Source: Octopus bimaculoides
Taxonomy: Eukaryota
Reading direction: 5' to 3'
Assembly (NCBI RefSeq): GCF_001194135.2
Contig: NC_068984.1
Location: 31,168,541 to 31,198,159 of the forward strand
Length of the DNA: 29,619 bases
Shown here: in pieces, positions 1 through 9,627 of the stretch
Numbering within the stretch: the stretch's first letter is position 1
Layout: every line of letters begins with the position of its first letter
The notes under the pieces: generated by a model
Database searches by the model: none
What the model saw: the letters and a program-made list of their open reading frames with translations, nothing else
Told to the model about the DNA's origin: nothing
Made by a program: the position numbers and the translations under genes

Positions 1-333
1 AAATAAGGCATCAGTAGTGCTTTTACCTAGCACGAACCCAAACTGCATCTCATCTAAATTGATTTGCTCCCTAATTAGTTGGGCTATGACCCTCTCTGTA
101 ACTTTCATAACCTGATCTAACAGCTTGATGCCTCTGTAATTATTTGTATCTAAAGCGTCACCTTTACCTTTGTAGCAGTTGACTATGATGCTGCTACACC
201 AGTCATTGGGTATGACTCCTTCGTGTATCACCTGGTTTGTAATACGGGTGACTAGGCTATAACCAACACTGCCAGATATTTTGAGCATCTCTGCAGTGAT
301 TCCTGATGAGCCGGGGGCTTTCCCGGTCTTCAT
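1..333 (-). mobile_element. RTE-clade LINE ORF2 fragment (N-terminal part of reverse transcriptase domain), runs off window edge
   Basis: Manual translation of 333->1 is stop-free: MKTGKAPGSSGITAEMLK...IPNDWCSSIIVNCYKGKGDALDTNNYRGIKLLDQVMKVTERVI...EMQFGFVLGKSTTDALF. It contains the KAPG, W...YKGKGD, NYRGI.LL and QFGF..G.ST.D non-LTR RT motifs. Confidence 0.92.
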
Positions 334-749
334 ACTCTTACACACACACATATGTTTATGGACATACATACAGAAGAAAAGTTTAGGTCATTGGTAACCT
401 AAACTAATAAGTATGCAGTATGAGTGCTCCAATTGATAAGCTACTAGGATCCAAGTTCACAATGGGTGCTCGAGCTATGGTAGTCACTGTCCAGTAAGGA
501 GAGACCCAGTGATCCACAGCCTAATTTAATGGTATCACATATATATGATGTACGTATGTATACATGTATATTTAAATTATCTTCAAAACCCAAACAGTCC
601 AAATTAAAAAACAAAATATTCAGTTCGATGGTTATACTATTACCTGGTGTTTTAAAATTTCAGGGTTAAGATTCCTGCTTCAGGAAATCTATGGAGAAAT
701 TATTGATGGCTAACTTCTGACAGAAGGGGAAGGCATACTAAGTGGATCA

Positions 750-842
750 AGGTTCAGTTCACCAGAGCAAGTGTCTTCTAACACTGCCCAAAGTTAGCCA
801 AAGGGTTGTGAGTGGATTTGATAGATGGAAATTGGAAAGAAG
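750..842 (+). mobile_element. Degenerate SINE fragment
   Basis: gcaagtgtcttcta...gtgagtggatttgatagatggaaa...gaaagaag matches the reverse complement of part of the SINE at 15439-15838. Confidence 0.6.
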
Positions 843-1013
843 TATGACATAAATAAATATATATATATAGTGAGGGTATGAGAGATATTGGTATCTAGAA
901 GATTCAAAGAGTGTCGGGTAATGCTAAGTAAATGCTACGGACAGACCGTAGTTAAACTCTTGGTTCAATAGTGATACGAGTGAGGAGTCTAATGTGGGTC
1001 TTGTACTAGCATG

Positions 1014-1301
1014 CATATATATATATATATATATATATATANNNNNNNNNNNNNNNNNNNNNNNNNNNNNNNNNNNNNNNNNNNNNNNNNNNNNNNNNNN
1101 NNNNNNNNNNNNNNNNNNNNNNNNNNNNNNNNNNNNNNNNNNNNNNNNNNNNNNNNNNNNNNNNNNNNNNNNNNNNNNNNNNNNNNNNNNNNNNNNNNNN
1201 NNNNNNNNNNNNNNNNNNNNNNNNNNNNNNNNNNNNNNNNNNNNNNNNNNNNNNNNNNNNNNNNNNNNNNNNNNNNATATATATATATATATATATATAT
1301 A
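1014..1301. repeat. (TA)n microsatellite interrupted by assembly gap (N 1042-1276)
   Basis: TA runs on both sides of the N block, seen directly. Confidence 0.95.
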
Positions 1302-1942
1302 TAAATTAAATATAGAGATATTTTATTGACAATCATGTAATTTATTTATATTACAATATTACATTAAATACCATGAATATAATATATAACATAAACTAAC
1401 ATAATATTATATAAATAATTATAAAGACCATAAAAGGCCAACAAATTGTTTTGACATATATATATATATATTTTTTTCTGATATACATAATCACAGTTCC
1501 ATTATATATATAGTCACTTCAGGGTATTTGGTTCAGAATGTATGTTATTATGTATGTATCAATGTATATATGTGAATATGGATATATATATATATATCAC
1601 TTAATAAGGATGGAGAGCAATATCCTCCCATTACAGTAGCCATCACAATGTAGTTCTTTCCAATGATTATGAAACTTGAAAAAATCTTGGTGTTGAAACT
1701 GATGTGAAAATCAAGGGAATTATCCTGGTACCAGAAGTCTGGTGTAAATGTTTGCAACATTGTAGACTCAAGTACATGCACCCAAATGATAGCTGGATCA
1801 TTAAATCATGTGTCAAGTCTACTATTAAGTTACCCACAGCATTATTTGATTTCAGAATGCATAAAAGTCAAAACAGTAATGCAAAGCATCCCATCCTATG
1901 GACTATTCATTTATCAAAGGAGGAGAGACAATGCAAGTAATA

Positions 1943-2106
1943 TTTCATCTGTCTTTACGTTCTGAGTTCAAATTCCGCCAAGGTCAACTATGCCTTTCAT
2001 CTTTTCGGGGTTGTTAAATTAAATACCAGTTGTGTACTGGGATCGATCTAATCGACTGGCCTCCTCCTCAAAAATGTTGGGCCTTGTGCCTAGAGTAGAA
2101 AAGAAT
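1943..2106 (+). mobile_element. tRNA-derived SINE (5'-truncated) with conserved central core
   Basis: B-box-like GTTCAAATTCC, then core aggtcaactatgcctttcatcttttcggggttgttaaattaaataccag and tail gggccttgtgcctagagtagaaaagaat. Related minus-strand pieces lie at 11556-11650 and 15125-15229. Confidence 0.82.
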
Positions 2107-2514
2107 GCAAGTAATCTTTTATTCTCTATAAGATTGGGGATGGATGCTTTGATGTTATGTAATTTTATTGATGTAGGCAGTAAGGGAGCCTCCTGTGATT
2201 GCATCGCTAGTAAGGAATGAATGTGGGTGTAGCATTACAAAGTAGGGACTCGAGAAATAAAGAAGGAAGGAAGACAGGAGAAACTTGTGGACCAGAGTGT
2301 ACATTGTCTGGAATTTACTATTCTCAAAAAGCTGATGTTACTTTTACTAGAAGAGACAAAGTTAAAAAAAACACAGTGCCTCTATGAGTTAATGGTATAA
2401 AGCAAATGGATCCTTCCCAGTAACCAAATGGTCTATTGAAGCTAGCATAGGATGTACTTCTGTGTAGCAGCAGCATTATTACACATAAGAACAGTTATTA
2501 TCTCAAAGCAACTG

Positions 2515-2720
2515 TGCAGGTGCCATTCAAAAGCACCCAGCACATCCCATAAAGTAGATGGTGTTAGGAAGGGCATCGTTCTGTAGAAACCATGCCCAAA
2601 CAGACAGCTGGAGCATCGGGAGTTCTCTGGCTGGTCGGCTACTGTCAAGCTGTCCAACTCATGCCAGCACGGAAAACAGATGCTAAATCACAGTGATGAT
2701 GATGATGATGATGATGATGA
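2515..2720 (+). mobile_element. RTE-type 3' end (older subfamily or RTE-dependent nonautonomous element) with (GAT)n tail
   Basis: aaaagcaccc...gttaggaagggcatc..tgtagaaac...gtccaactcatgccagcacggaaaacaga followed by (GAT)n; same architecture as the 3' ends at 13265, 18012 and 26890. Confidence 0.75.
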
Positions 2721-2989
2721 TAATTCTAGTTGTGACTGTATCAGACTAATTAATGTGAGTATAACTATATTATGTGATGTATCCTGTCCTTATAGATGTA
2801 GATATCTTCTGCTGATGAACAAAACTACCCTGTGTGCCATTTGTTGTGCCTGAGTTACACAGATACACCGTTATTGCTCTTGGTGATGTAAATACAGTGA
2901 ACAAGTGATTGCATTCATTGAATTTACAACCAATGATGTTATCATTTACCGAAAGGGAATATAAAATTTGAAAAATATATAGTCAATAA

Positions 2990-3900
2990 ATAACCAGTGA
3001 TGATGCTGGATAATCTGATTCTGTAGCTGCTGTTGTTGCCCAAGTTGATCGTCATGATTGTATGAGATCAAAACAAAATGCAGGTGGATGCCATCGATGA
3101 GGATGGTGTTGGTGTTAGTGTGAGTGATGATGATGTCTTTAGTGTTGGTGCTGTTGGTGAGGGAAGAAGGAAGAGGTGGTGGTGTTTGTGGTGGTGATGG
3201 TGGCGTGGTGACAGTGAAGATGATGCTACTAGTGAGAAGGAATATAGGACGATGGCATCAATGATGATGGTAGTGGTTGTGATAATGTTCATTTGGATAA
3301 TAGCAGTGGTAATGAGAGCTTTGAAGATGGTTCTGTTGGTGAGGGGCTATGATGGTAGTAGTGGTGCTTACTGTGATAATGATGGTGGTAACGATAACTC
3401 TGAAAACAGCAATGTTAGTCAGGGGAGAAAGAGGAGGAGTAAGAAGAGGTGGGGTGGAGGTGGTGATAGCAATAGTAATAAATATGGTAATAACTTTCGC
3501 AGGTCTGTAGAGGAAAAGGGAGTTAAGCAATAAATGCGGGAATACATGAATACAGAAAGACTTGTTGATGATGATGGTAACGATGAGGATGATAATGATT
3601 GTCATGATACTTATCAGTTACAATGATGATGATTATCTCCCATTATCAACCTCTTCATTTTCACCAGCACCACTATCTTCCTCTCCATCGTCATCATCAT
3701 CATCGTCCTTACCAATTTTATCCATCCTGTGATCACTATCAACATCATCATTATCATCAGTTTGAATATAATAATGATTGTGGATGATAACAATGCCCTG
3801 CAACGATACCGAAAATAACAATAGTAGTGCAACTGTAATGATAATGACAATGATAGCAAGAGTGAGGAGACCAACACCAAAGATGATGAAAGATTTTGCT
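2990..3900. repeat. Cryptic trinucleotide low-complexity tract (GAT/GGT/GTT blocks with an inverted CAT block at ~3620-3760)
   Basis: Seen directly; it explains the poly-M/V/I/H/D ORFs in the ORF track. Confidence 0.85.
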
Positions 3901-4171
3901 GGAAGACATTTTATTGATGAAGAAACAGTTTGTTAATCTGAAATTAGTGAAAACTTGATTCTTGATCAAACCGATTAGCATACAACTTTCATCAAATTAA
4001 TTTCAATTAATTTGATATTGTAAATAAAATAACAAGTGAAGAGGCAGAAACAGTAGAGCAACATAACTAAATTCATCATAATTTATATTTACTTTTAGAC
4101 ATGTGCAATTTGAATTTCGATAATACCAAGCAATATTTTACTTTTTGACCCATGATGGGATGGAAAACAAT

Positions 4172-4174
<3 letters not shown>

Positions 4175-4205
<31 letters not shown>

Positions 4206-4527
4206 GTCATCGTTTAGTGTCTGCTTTCCATGCTAGCATGGGTTGGACGATTTAACTGAGGACTGGTGAACCGGATGGCTGCACCAGGCTCCAATCTGAT
4301 CTGGCAGAGTTTCTATGGCTGGATGCCCTTCCTAACACCAGCCTTTCCGAGAGTGTGGTGGGTGCTCTTATGTACCACCAGCACGAGGGCCAGTCACGTG
4401 GTACTGGCAACTGCCAAGCTCAAAATGGTGTTTTTTACGTGCCATCTGCACAGGAGCCAGTCCAGCGGGACTGGCTACGACCTCGCTCAAATGATTTTCT
4501 AACGTACCACCGGCACAAGTGCCAATA
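4175..4527 (-). mobile_element. RTE LINE 3' UTR fragment with (CAT)n tail and partial tandem-repeat units
   Basis: (CAT)n-cgtttagtgtctgctttccatgctagcatgggttggacg...ggatgcccttcctaacacc, then units resembling the 67-bp repeat at 12892-13090. Confidence 0.9.
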
Positions 4528-4658
4528 CTAAAGGAAAATTGATCCAATTGGGGTGCATACCTAGTTTTCCAATAATGTAAGACTTGAGTGTGGATTTGGT
4601 AGATGAAACTGAAAAAACTCACTACATGCATGTGTGTGTGTGTGTGTTTTTGAGATGT

Positions 4659-4705
4659 TGTCATGACATCATCTTGTCATGACATCATCTTGTCATGACA
4701 TCATC
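4659..4705. repeat. Tandem repeat, 3 x 16 bp (tgtcatgacatcatct) containing palindrome TGTCATGACA
   Basis: Units at 4659-4674, 4675-4690 and 4691-4705 (last unit 15 nt). Confidence 0.92.
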
Positions 4706-4960
4706 CCGGAAACAAACATTATTGTCATACAAGCAATGTCATTCATTTTTTTTTTGTTTGCCATTTTACATAGAAACATCTTCAGACATTGTGCAGTTTT
4801 AATTTGAAGGATTAAGAATAAAAATATCCTGCTTGGAAATAGATTTGGGTTGGCAACAGGAAGTGCATCCAACCATAGAAAATCTTCCACAATAATTTTT
4901 TTGTGGTTCACAAAAGTATGAAAAGGTGGACATTAAAAGAACGATAATGATGTTGATGGA
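4706..4960 (+). mobile_element. Degenerate nonautonomous repeat with RTE-like 3' tail
   Basis: gggttggcaacaggaagtgcatccaaccatagaaaatc...atggaaaaggtggacattaaa..gataatgatg resembles RTE 3' ends; a related minus-strand piece lies at ~23485-23660. Confidence 0.55.
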
Positions 4961-5062
4961 GATGATGGTCTATATGTTATGCTAATAACTATCCCTCCCA
5001 TTTGGTACTAAAACTAAAGAAGCCAAATGACAGAAAAAGGAAACTTTTTGTTAACAATTCAG

Positions 5063-5139
5063 GGAAAAGACAGCTCAGAATCAAGAATAGAGGGAAAAGT
5101 TATCAGTGACTTATGCTCCATAGGGAACGAAGGGCTTAA
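5063..5139 (+). CDS. Candidate internal coding exon (77 nt): GKDSSESRIEGKVISDLCSIGNEGL(K)
   Basis: Acceptor tttttgttaacaattcAG and consensus donor GTAAGT at 5140. Only frame 0 is open; it ends in phase 2, compatible with the exon at 5867. No homology confirmed. Confidence 0.4.
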
Positions 5140-5264
5140 GTAAGTACTGTTGTGCAAGATATGACCTCCAAGTAAGCTGAGACTGTGATAGGGTTTCATT
5201 CTGTGGTTTCAATCTGTGGGGTTCCCTTTCCTGAATCCAACCCTGGATACTGTATGAAAAGACA

Positions 5265-5311
5265 TAGTGTACTTAAAATGTAGTGTACTTAAAAGTGTAG
5301 TGTACTTAAAA
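5265..5311. repeat. Tandem repeat, 3 x 16-17 bp (tagtgtacttaaaa-tg)
   Basis: Core tagtgtacttaaaa starts at 5265, 5281 and 5298. Confidence 0.88.
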
Positions 5312-5412
5312 TTATATTTCCATATTTTCAACAATATGATTTATCTCTTTTATGTGTGTTTCACCCCTTTATCTAACATTATATAAATGTAGAAACATTG
5401 TTATTCATCTTA

Positions 5413-5622
5413 TCTGGCCACTGCTCTTAAGTTGAACACCAGGTCATATCAGATGCTATATTATGGAAACTTGCACATCCTAAAAGAAGAACAAGCTCAT
5501 TCAACTGCCAGAATGTTATTGGCAGAGAAACTCAACATGAAATCAAAGAATTAACAAAGCTTAATGTAGCATTAGATTCCTGGTGCAGCATAGAGAAAGG
5601 TTACTCACTTTCAGCTGATTGA
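5413..5622 (+). mobile_element. Ancient RTE-like LINE ORF2 C-terminal remnant
   Basis: Translates SGHCS*VEHQVISDAILWKLAHPKRRTSS...DSWCSI, resembling the (F)AGHC...SD.LLW.P.H..R...D...W terminal pattern of RTE ORF2. Confidence 0.5.
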
Positions 5623-5866
5623 AGAAAAAGCAACATTGTCGGACAGCTGTGATAACTATGATAATTGTGATGAAGGTAAATATAGGATGGATACCATAAT
5701 TAAGTGAGATTTCTTGGTTGTTATCTATGAATGAAAATGATTTGAAATTCTTAAAAATAAGTCTCTTTTATCTTCTTGAATATAATCATGAACTGGATTA
5801 TATATAGGACGAAGCAAAAGCAAAAAGATAAATTAAAATTTCTTTGCTAAACACAGCTTCTCTTAG

Positions 5867-6023
5867 GAGAACTCCACTACACAAAGATGTTTCTGGCCTT
5901 TTTAAGCATAATACAACCATTGCAGACAAAAACTGTGACAGTGTTTTGAATGGATCTGCCCCTTATCAATTAACCCATTTGCTTTTTTTTTATATATGTT
6001 TTGTATCAAGTTTAGTCTTGTAA
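5867..6023 (+). CDS. Candidate terminal coding exon with GPI-signal-like C-terminus: RTPLHKDVSGLFKHNTTIADKNCDSVLNGSAPYQLTHLLFFYICFVSSLVL*
   Basis: Acceptor cttctcttAG, phase-2 start, 51 codons then TAA at 6021-6023. Two N-glycosylation sequons (NTT, NGS), a small-residue cluster NGSA and a 14-aa hydrophobic tail; U-rich sequence follows. Confidence 0.45.
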
Positions 6024-6249
6024 TTGCTTTTATTCTTTTTTTTTTGTCAATCCTTTTTTTTGATCTACTATGTTGTTGTTTTTTTGTTTTCAAATATAAT
6101 TGATCTCAGTCATTGAGTACATATTTTGGGATGAGTAAGTACTAATGATTAGGAAGAGGATGAGAATGAAGATGACAACAGCAATAATAATGTTTGTTAT
6201 AATGATAGTATGATGAAAATGATGGTGTTGATAATAACAACAACAACGC

Positions 6250-6280
<31 letters not shown>

Positions 6281-7200
6281 AGTTGCTGTTATTAGACCAT
6301 TAATAATATAAACATTACATAAAATTACTAAGCTATATGAAATGATAACGATGTTGATGATGACAATGGTGATAACTATGTTAAAGTTTCAGGTTATTAT
6401 TGTATAAAGTGTTAATTTATTTCTATTTCATTTCATAAGTTTCTTATTTATTTACTTATTAACCAATTATTCATATCATACATTTAAAAAAAAAATCATT
6501 GCTATTATCAACCCTAAGTGAAGTCAGTTGGTGCATCAGACGGAAGTGGATACATAATGTGAACATTTGTTTATTTTATTTTATATTTATTTTTCATTCA
6601 TTACTTTATTTCTTTCTTTACACATACTTCCCTTGCACTCACTGCTCTGATGATTGGATTTGTTCGTAGGGATGAAAACTGGGCCACTTTCTTTCAGTAC
6701 TTCAGAATCTTCCCTTATAAAGATACAGCAATGAAGTGTTCACCTTAAACTTTTCCTAGGATTATTTCAAGGTAGTCGAATTTTGATAATGCTTATTTTG
6801 ATGGGGAAAGATATATCTTGTAAAAGTATATATGTTACACAAATGGAGAGGTAATGCGATATCTTTTGGCTTTTCAAGCTTGCTGGCTCACTCTGACAAA
6901 TAAATGAGTTGTTTCATGAACCTTGTATATTTGGTAGCCAAGAGGGATTTGGTAGCACGGATGGAGCTTCTAATCAGTTTCTACTCAGCACTTGAAGGGA
7001 GAACAGACATGATTATATAACTTGTTCTCTGGATTTGCTGTTCTTTATTTTGTCACACAAAATAACGAAGATAAGTATCCAGTGAATGAAATATCTTTTG
7101 CCATGGTAGAAAACTCTCATGATGATATATCTTCAGTGAGCAATACCTTCTCCTCTGATGTGACACTGATACGGAGAGTTCCAATAGCAGTAAGCAATAG

Positions 7201-9140
7201 TGTCATATTGACTTATCTGCTGAAGACAACCCTCATCTTCTTCCAAGGTTTCCATGCTCAGCAACACTAAGAATAAAGATTGATGGCAACATCGTTGCAA
7301 TGGATCTCCTTGACTTCTTATCATGGGTGTTTCATGAAACTTTGATTGATTCAGTTTGCAGGTAAATAGACAGATTTGCTGGTCAAAATCCAGCTTGTAA
7401 TTAGACACCTGCTGAATTATATTTTTATTTTTATTTTTTATTTTCCACTGAAAATGCTTTAAAGCCTAGTCAGTTTATCTGAAGGAAGAAGATATGCATT
7501 GGTCAAAGAATACTATTCTTCAGTTACTTTGTTTTTAGAAAAAATGATGTCACACAACGAGTATAGAAAAATGAAGCAGTATATTCATTCTCCCTCTCCA
7601 TCCCAAACTAAATATCATATATGAAGTACTCTGTCATTTGCTAGCAAACATTCCACAGTCCATATACTTCAAAAGAAGGAATGTTAGTATTAATGAAAGC
7701 CTCATGTAGTATAAGGATAAGATTTGGTGTGTTTAATAGATTCCTCTCAAACATAGTAAATTTGGGGTAAAATATGTCATGTTTCATGAATCTGAATCAA
7801 GGTGTGCTTTGGAAGTTGTTATATATGTAGGAAAATAGACAAATAATAAATGCACCCTTTTAAAGCCTAGCCAGACGCATGGGTCTGGTTTCCTGGTTTC
7901 TATGGTGTATGTATTCTCCAGCTGGATGGGACGCCAGTCCATTGCAGCGTTACTCATTTTTGCCAGCTGAGTGGACTGGAGTAACGTGAAAAATAGTGTT
8001 TTACTCAAAAACACGTGTTACCCAGTTCAGGAATTGAAACCACAATCCTATGATCATTATGCTGACACCCTAACCACTAAGCCATGTGCCTCCACAGGAA
8101 AATAAACAAAGCTTGAGAAATTTTGTGACTTCCCAATATACTTTCCAGTAATTATGACACACGTTAAATCTTTGCTGCAACAAGTCTACTGTCTCAATAG
8201 TGATAATTTTATACTAGTCTACTGATATACTTATCCGGAATTATACTGATGTGTATGACAATATTAACCAAAGCAGAAAAGAAATGCCAGAACCACTGAC
8301 AAAATAAAAGCTGAAAAGGGGTGAAAATTGTGGCTCTTAGAGAGAAAAAGTTTGGACCCTAAGATGGAAAGTTTTTAAAAAATGTCTACTGTTCACTCTT
8401 TTACTCCTTTAATGGTATCAACCAAAGGACTGTGGTCATACTGGAGCTCCATCTTAACTTAATTTCTATTAGTTTTGTCATCACTTTATGGCAGGAAGTT
8501 GGTCTATGATTGAATTTGTAGCAGCTGATCTTCACTGAGTCTATCCTTGAATATCATTAGGATATTCAGGGATAATGTTCTTTTAATATTTCACTAGAGG
8601 TTCCTTTTATACTTGTGAAAGACCAGAGGCTATTTACAACCACAACTCAACAACGAGAAGGGTTAGTAAGGTCAATCAGCATTTTGGTGATTACCCAATA
8701 CCTAGAAAATGAGACAGAAAGTTCTATATGATCTATCATATGATGAAGTATGCACTATAGAATTCATGCATCCTTTATAAAATATCTCTGCCAGCTAATG
8801 ATAATACCAAGAAAGACAAAGATGATCAGGACATTGGGAATGCAGCATCTGTTTGCATTATTGACCTAATTGATTGAGTAAACAATTACCAAGTACCATC
8901 CTCATAGTCCACATCCAAATGCTGGAAGACACTCAACATCCCTTCATCTTATTAGGTTTGCATCTGGGCATCTTGTGGTCATTCCCCTTACTGAGAAGAA
9001 ATATCCAATGAGAAAAAGCCAAAGGTTCTGCAATAAAACAAGACAATGGCAGAAAAATTCATAAAGAATCATATATATGCTCAATTTGTAGTGTTCCCCA
9101 ATGCTTAGCAGTATGTTTTCAAAATTACCATGTCATATAA
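7201..9140 (+). pseudogene. piggyBac (PGBD4-like, DDE_Tnp_1_7) transposase pseudogene
   Basis: Collinear motifs across stops and frameshifts: LPRFP..TLRIKIDG; EEDMHWSKNTILQ; MMSHNEYRKMKQYIH; NVSINESLM*YKDKI...IPLKHSKFGVK...SESRCALEVVIYVGK; VYCLNSDNF; NQSRKEMPEPLTK*KLKRGE..LRWK; RPEAIYNHNSTTRRVSKVNQHFGDYPIPRK; C-terminal ICSICSVPQCLAVCFQNYH* cysteine-rich domain. Confidence 0.88.
7844..8095 (-). mobile_element. tRNA-derived SINE nested in the piggyBac ORF, with 15-bp TSD
   Basis: The head on the minus strand has A-box TGGCTTAGTGG and B-box GGTTTCAATTCC. TSD aggaaaatagacaaa (7829-7843) / aggaaaataaacaaa (8096-8110), one mismatch. Confidence 0.9.
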
Positions 9141-9568
9141 ATGTTTGTCTTTTTCTTGCAAATAGACTATGTTTGTCTTTTTGAATTTTTTTTTTACTCT
9201 TTTGCTGCTTTTTTGTAATTATATGTGTTTTAGAAATATATGAGATATCTGTCTAGTGTTTATCATATATTTATAAAGAATCATGAAACATTAAATAGAA
9301 TGGTTACAGAAATAAACAAACCATTCATTTTAATTACAAAAATAAAAATTCTCCCAGCATGGAAAAGTAAATTTTCATTGGTGGTGCCCCAGCATGGCCA
9401 CAGCATTAGGGCTGAAACTTATAAAAGAGAAAAAGAATAAAACACTTCCTGGGAAATAATTTGTCTAAGAAGGGGTTAAGGCTTGCATCTACATCCATAA
9501 CCAACAACACTTATTACTATGGATTTCAGCATAAAATAAGCAAATAAAACACATAAGCAATGATGAAG

Positions 9569-9570
<2 letters not shown>

Positions 9571-9627
<57 letters not shown>

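Larger units (their letters stand above)
6745..9479 (+). mobile_element. Decayed full-length piggyBac DNA transposon (~2.7 kb), TTAA-flanked
   Basis: TTAA at 6745-6748 and 9476-9479. The left end ACTTTTCCTAGGATTATTTCAAGGTAGT aligns with the reverse complement of the right end CCCCTTCTTAGACAAATTATTTCCCAGGAAGT. A transposase pseudogene lies inside. Confidence 0.82.

Noticed and set aside
989-1336. ORFs spanning N gaps (also 21544-22195, 12598-13177, 16251-16580)
   Set aside because: They are open only because Ns and (TA)n/(TC)n/(CA)n contain no stops in some frames; not genes.
1704-1940. 78-aa ORF and a possible 81-nt exon (1856-1936)
   Set aside because: No recognisable domain; two frames are open so phase is ambiguous; it cannot join the phase-0 exon at 5063 directly; it may be LINE debris.
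2812-2850. CTGATGA followed by an ACAAA/TTTGT stem, resembling a hammerhead start
   Set aside because: No GAAA after the stem and no stem III or cleavage triplet.
3068-3981. His-, Asp-, Met- and Ile-rich ORFs
   Set aside because: Translations of cryptic trinucleotide repeats in several frames on both strands.
4659-4705. Palindromic short direct repeats as a CRISPR array
   Set aside because: No spacers, 16-bp units, eukaryotic context and no cas genes.
6670-6748. Alternative plus-strand terminal exon (DENWATFFQYFRIFPYKDTAMKCSP*), also phase-compatible with exon 5063-5139
   Set aside because: Only 26 codons, no recognisable feature, and the more proximal 5867 exon is a better candidate. It could only be rescued by junction reads.
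7022-7408. ORFs 7022-7270 (+) and 7133-7408 (-) as host genes or RT (QGDPL)
   Set aside because: The region is the N-terminal part of the piggyBac transposase remnant; the QGDPL match is antisense coincidence.
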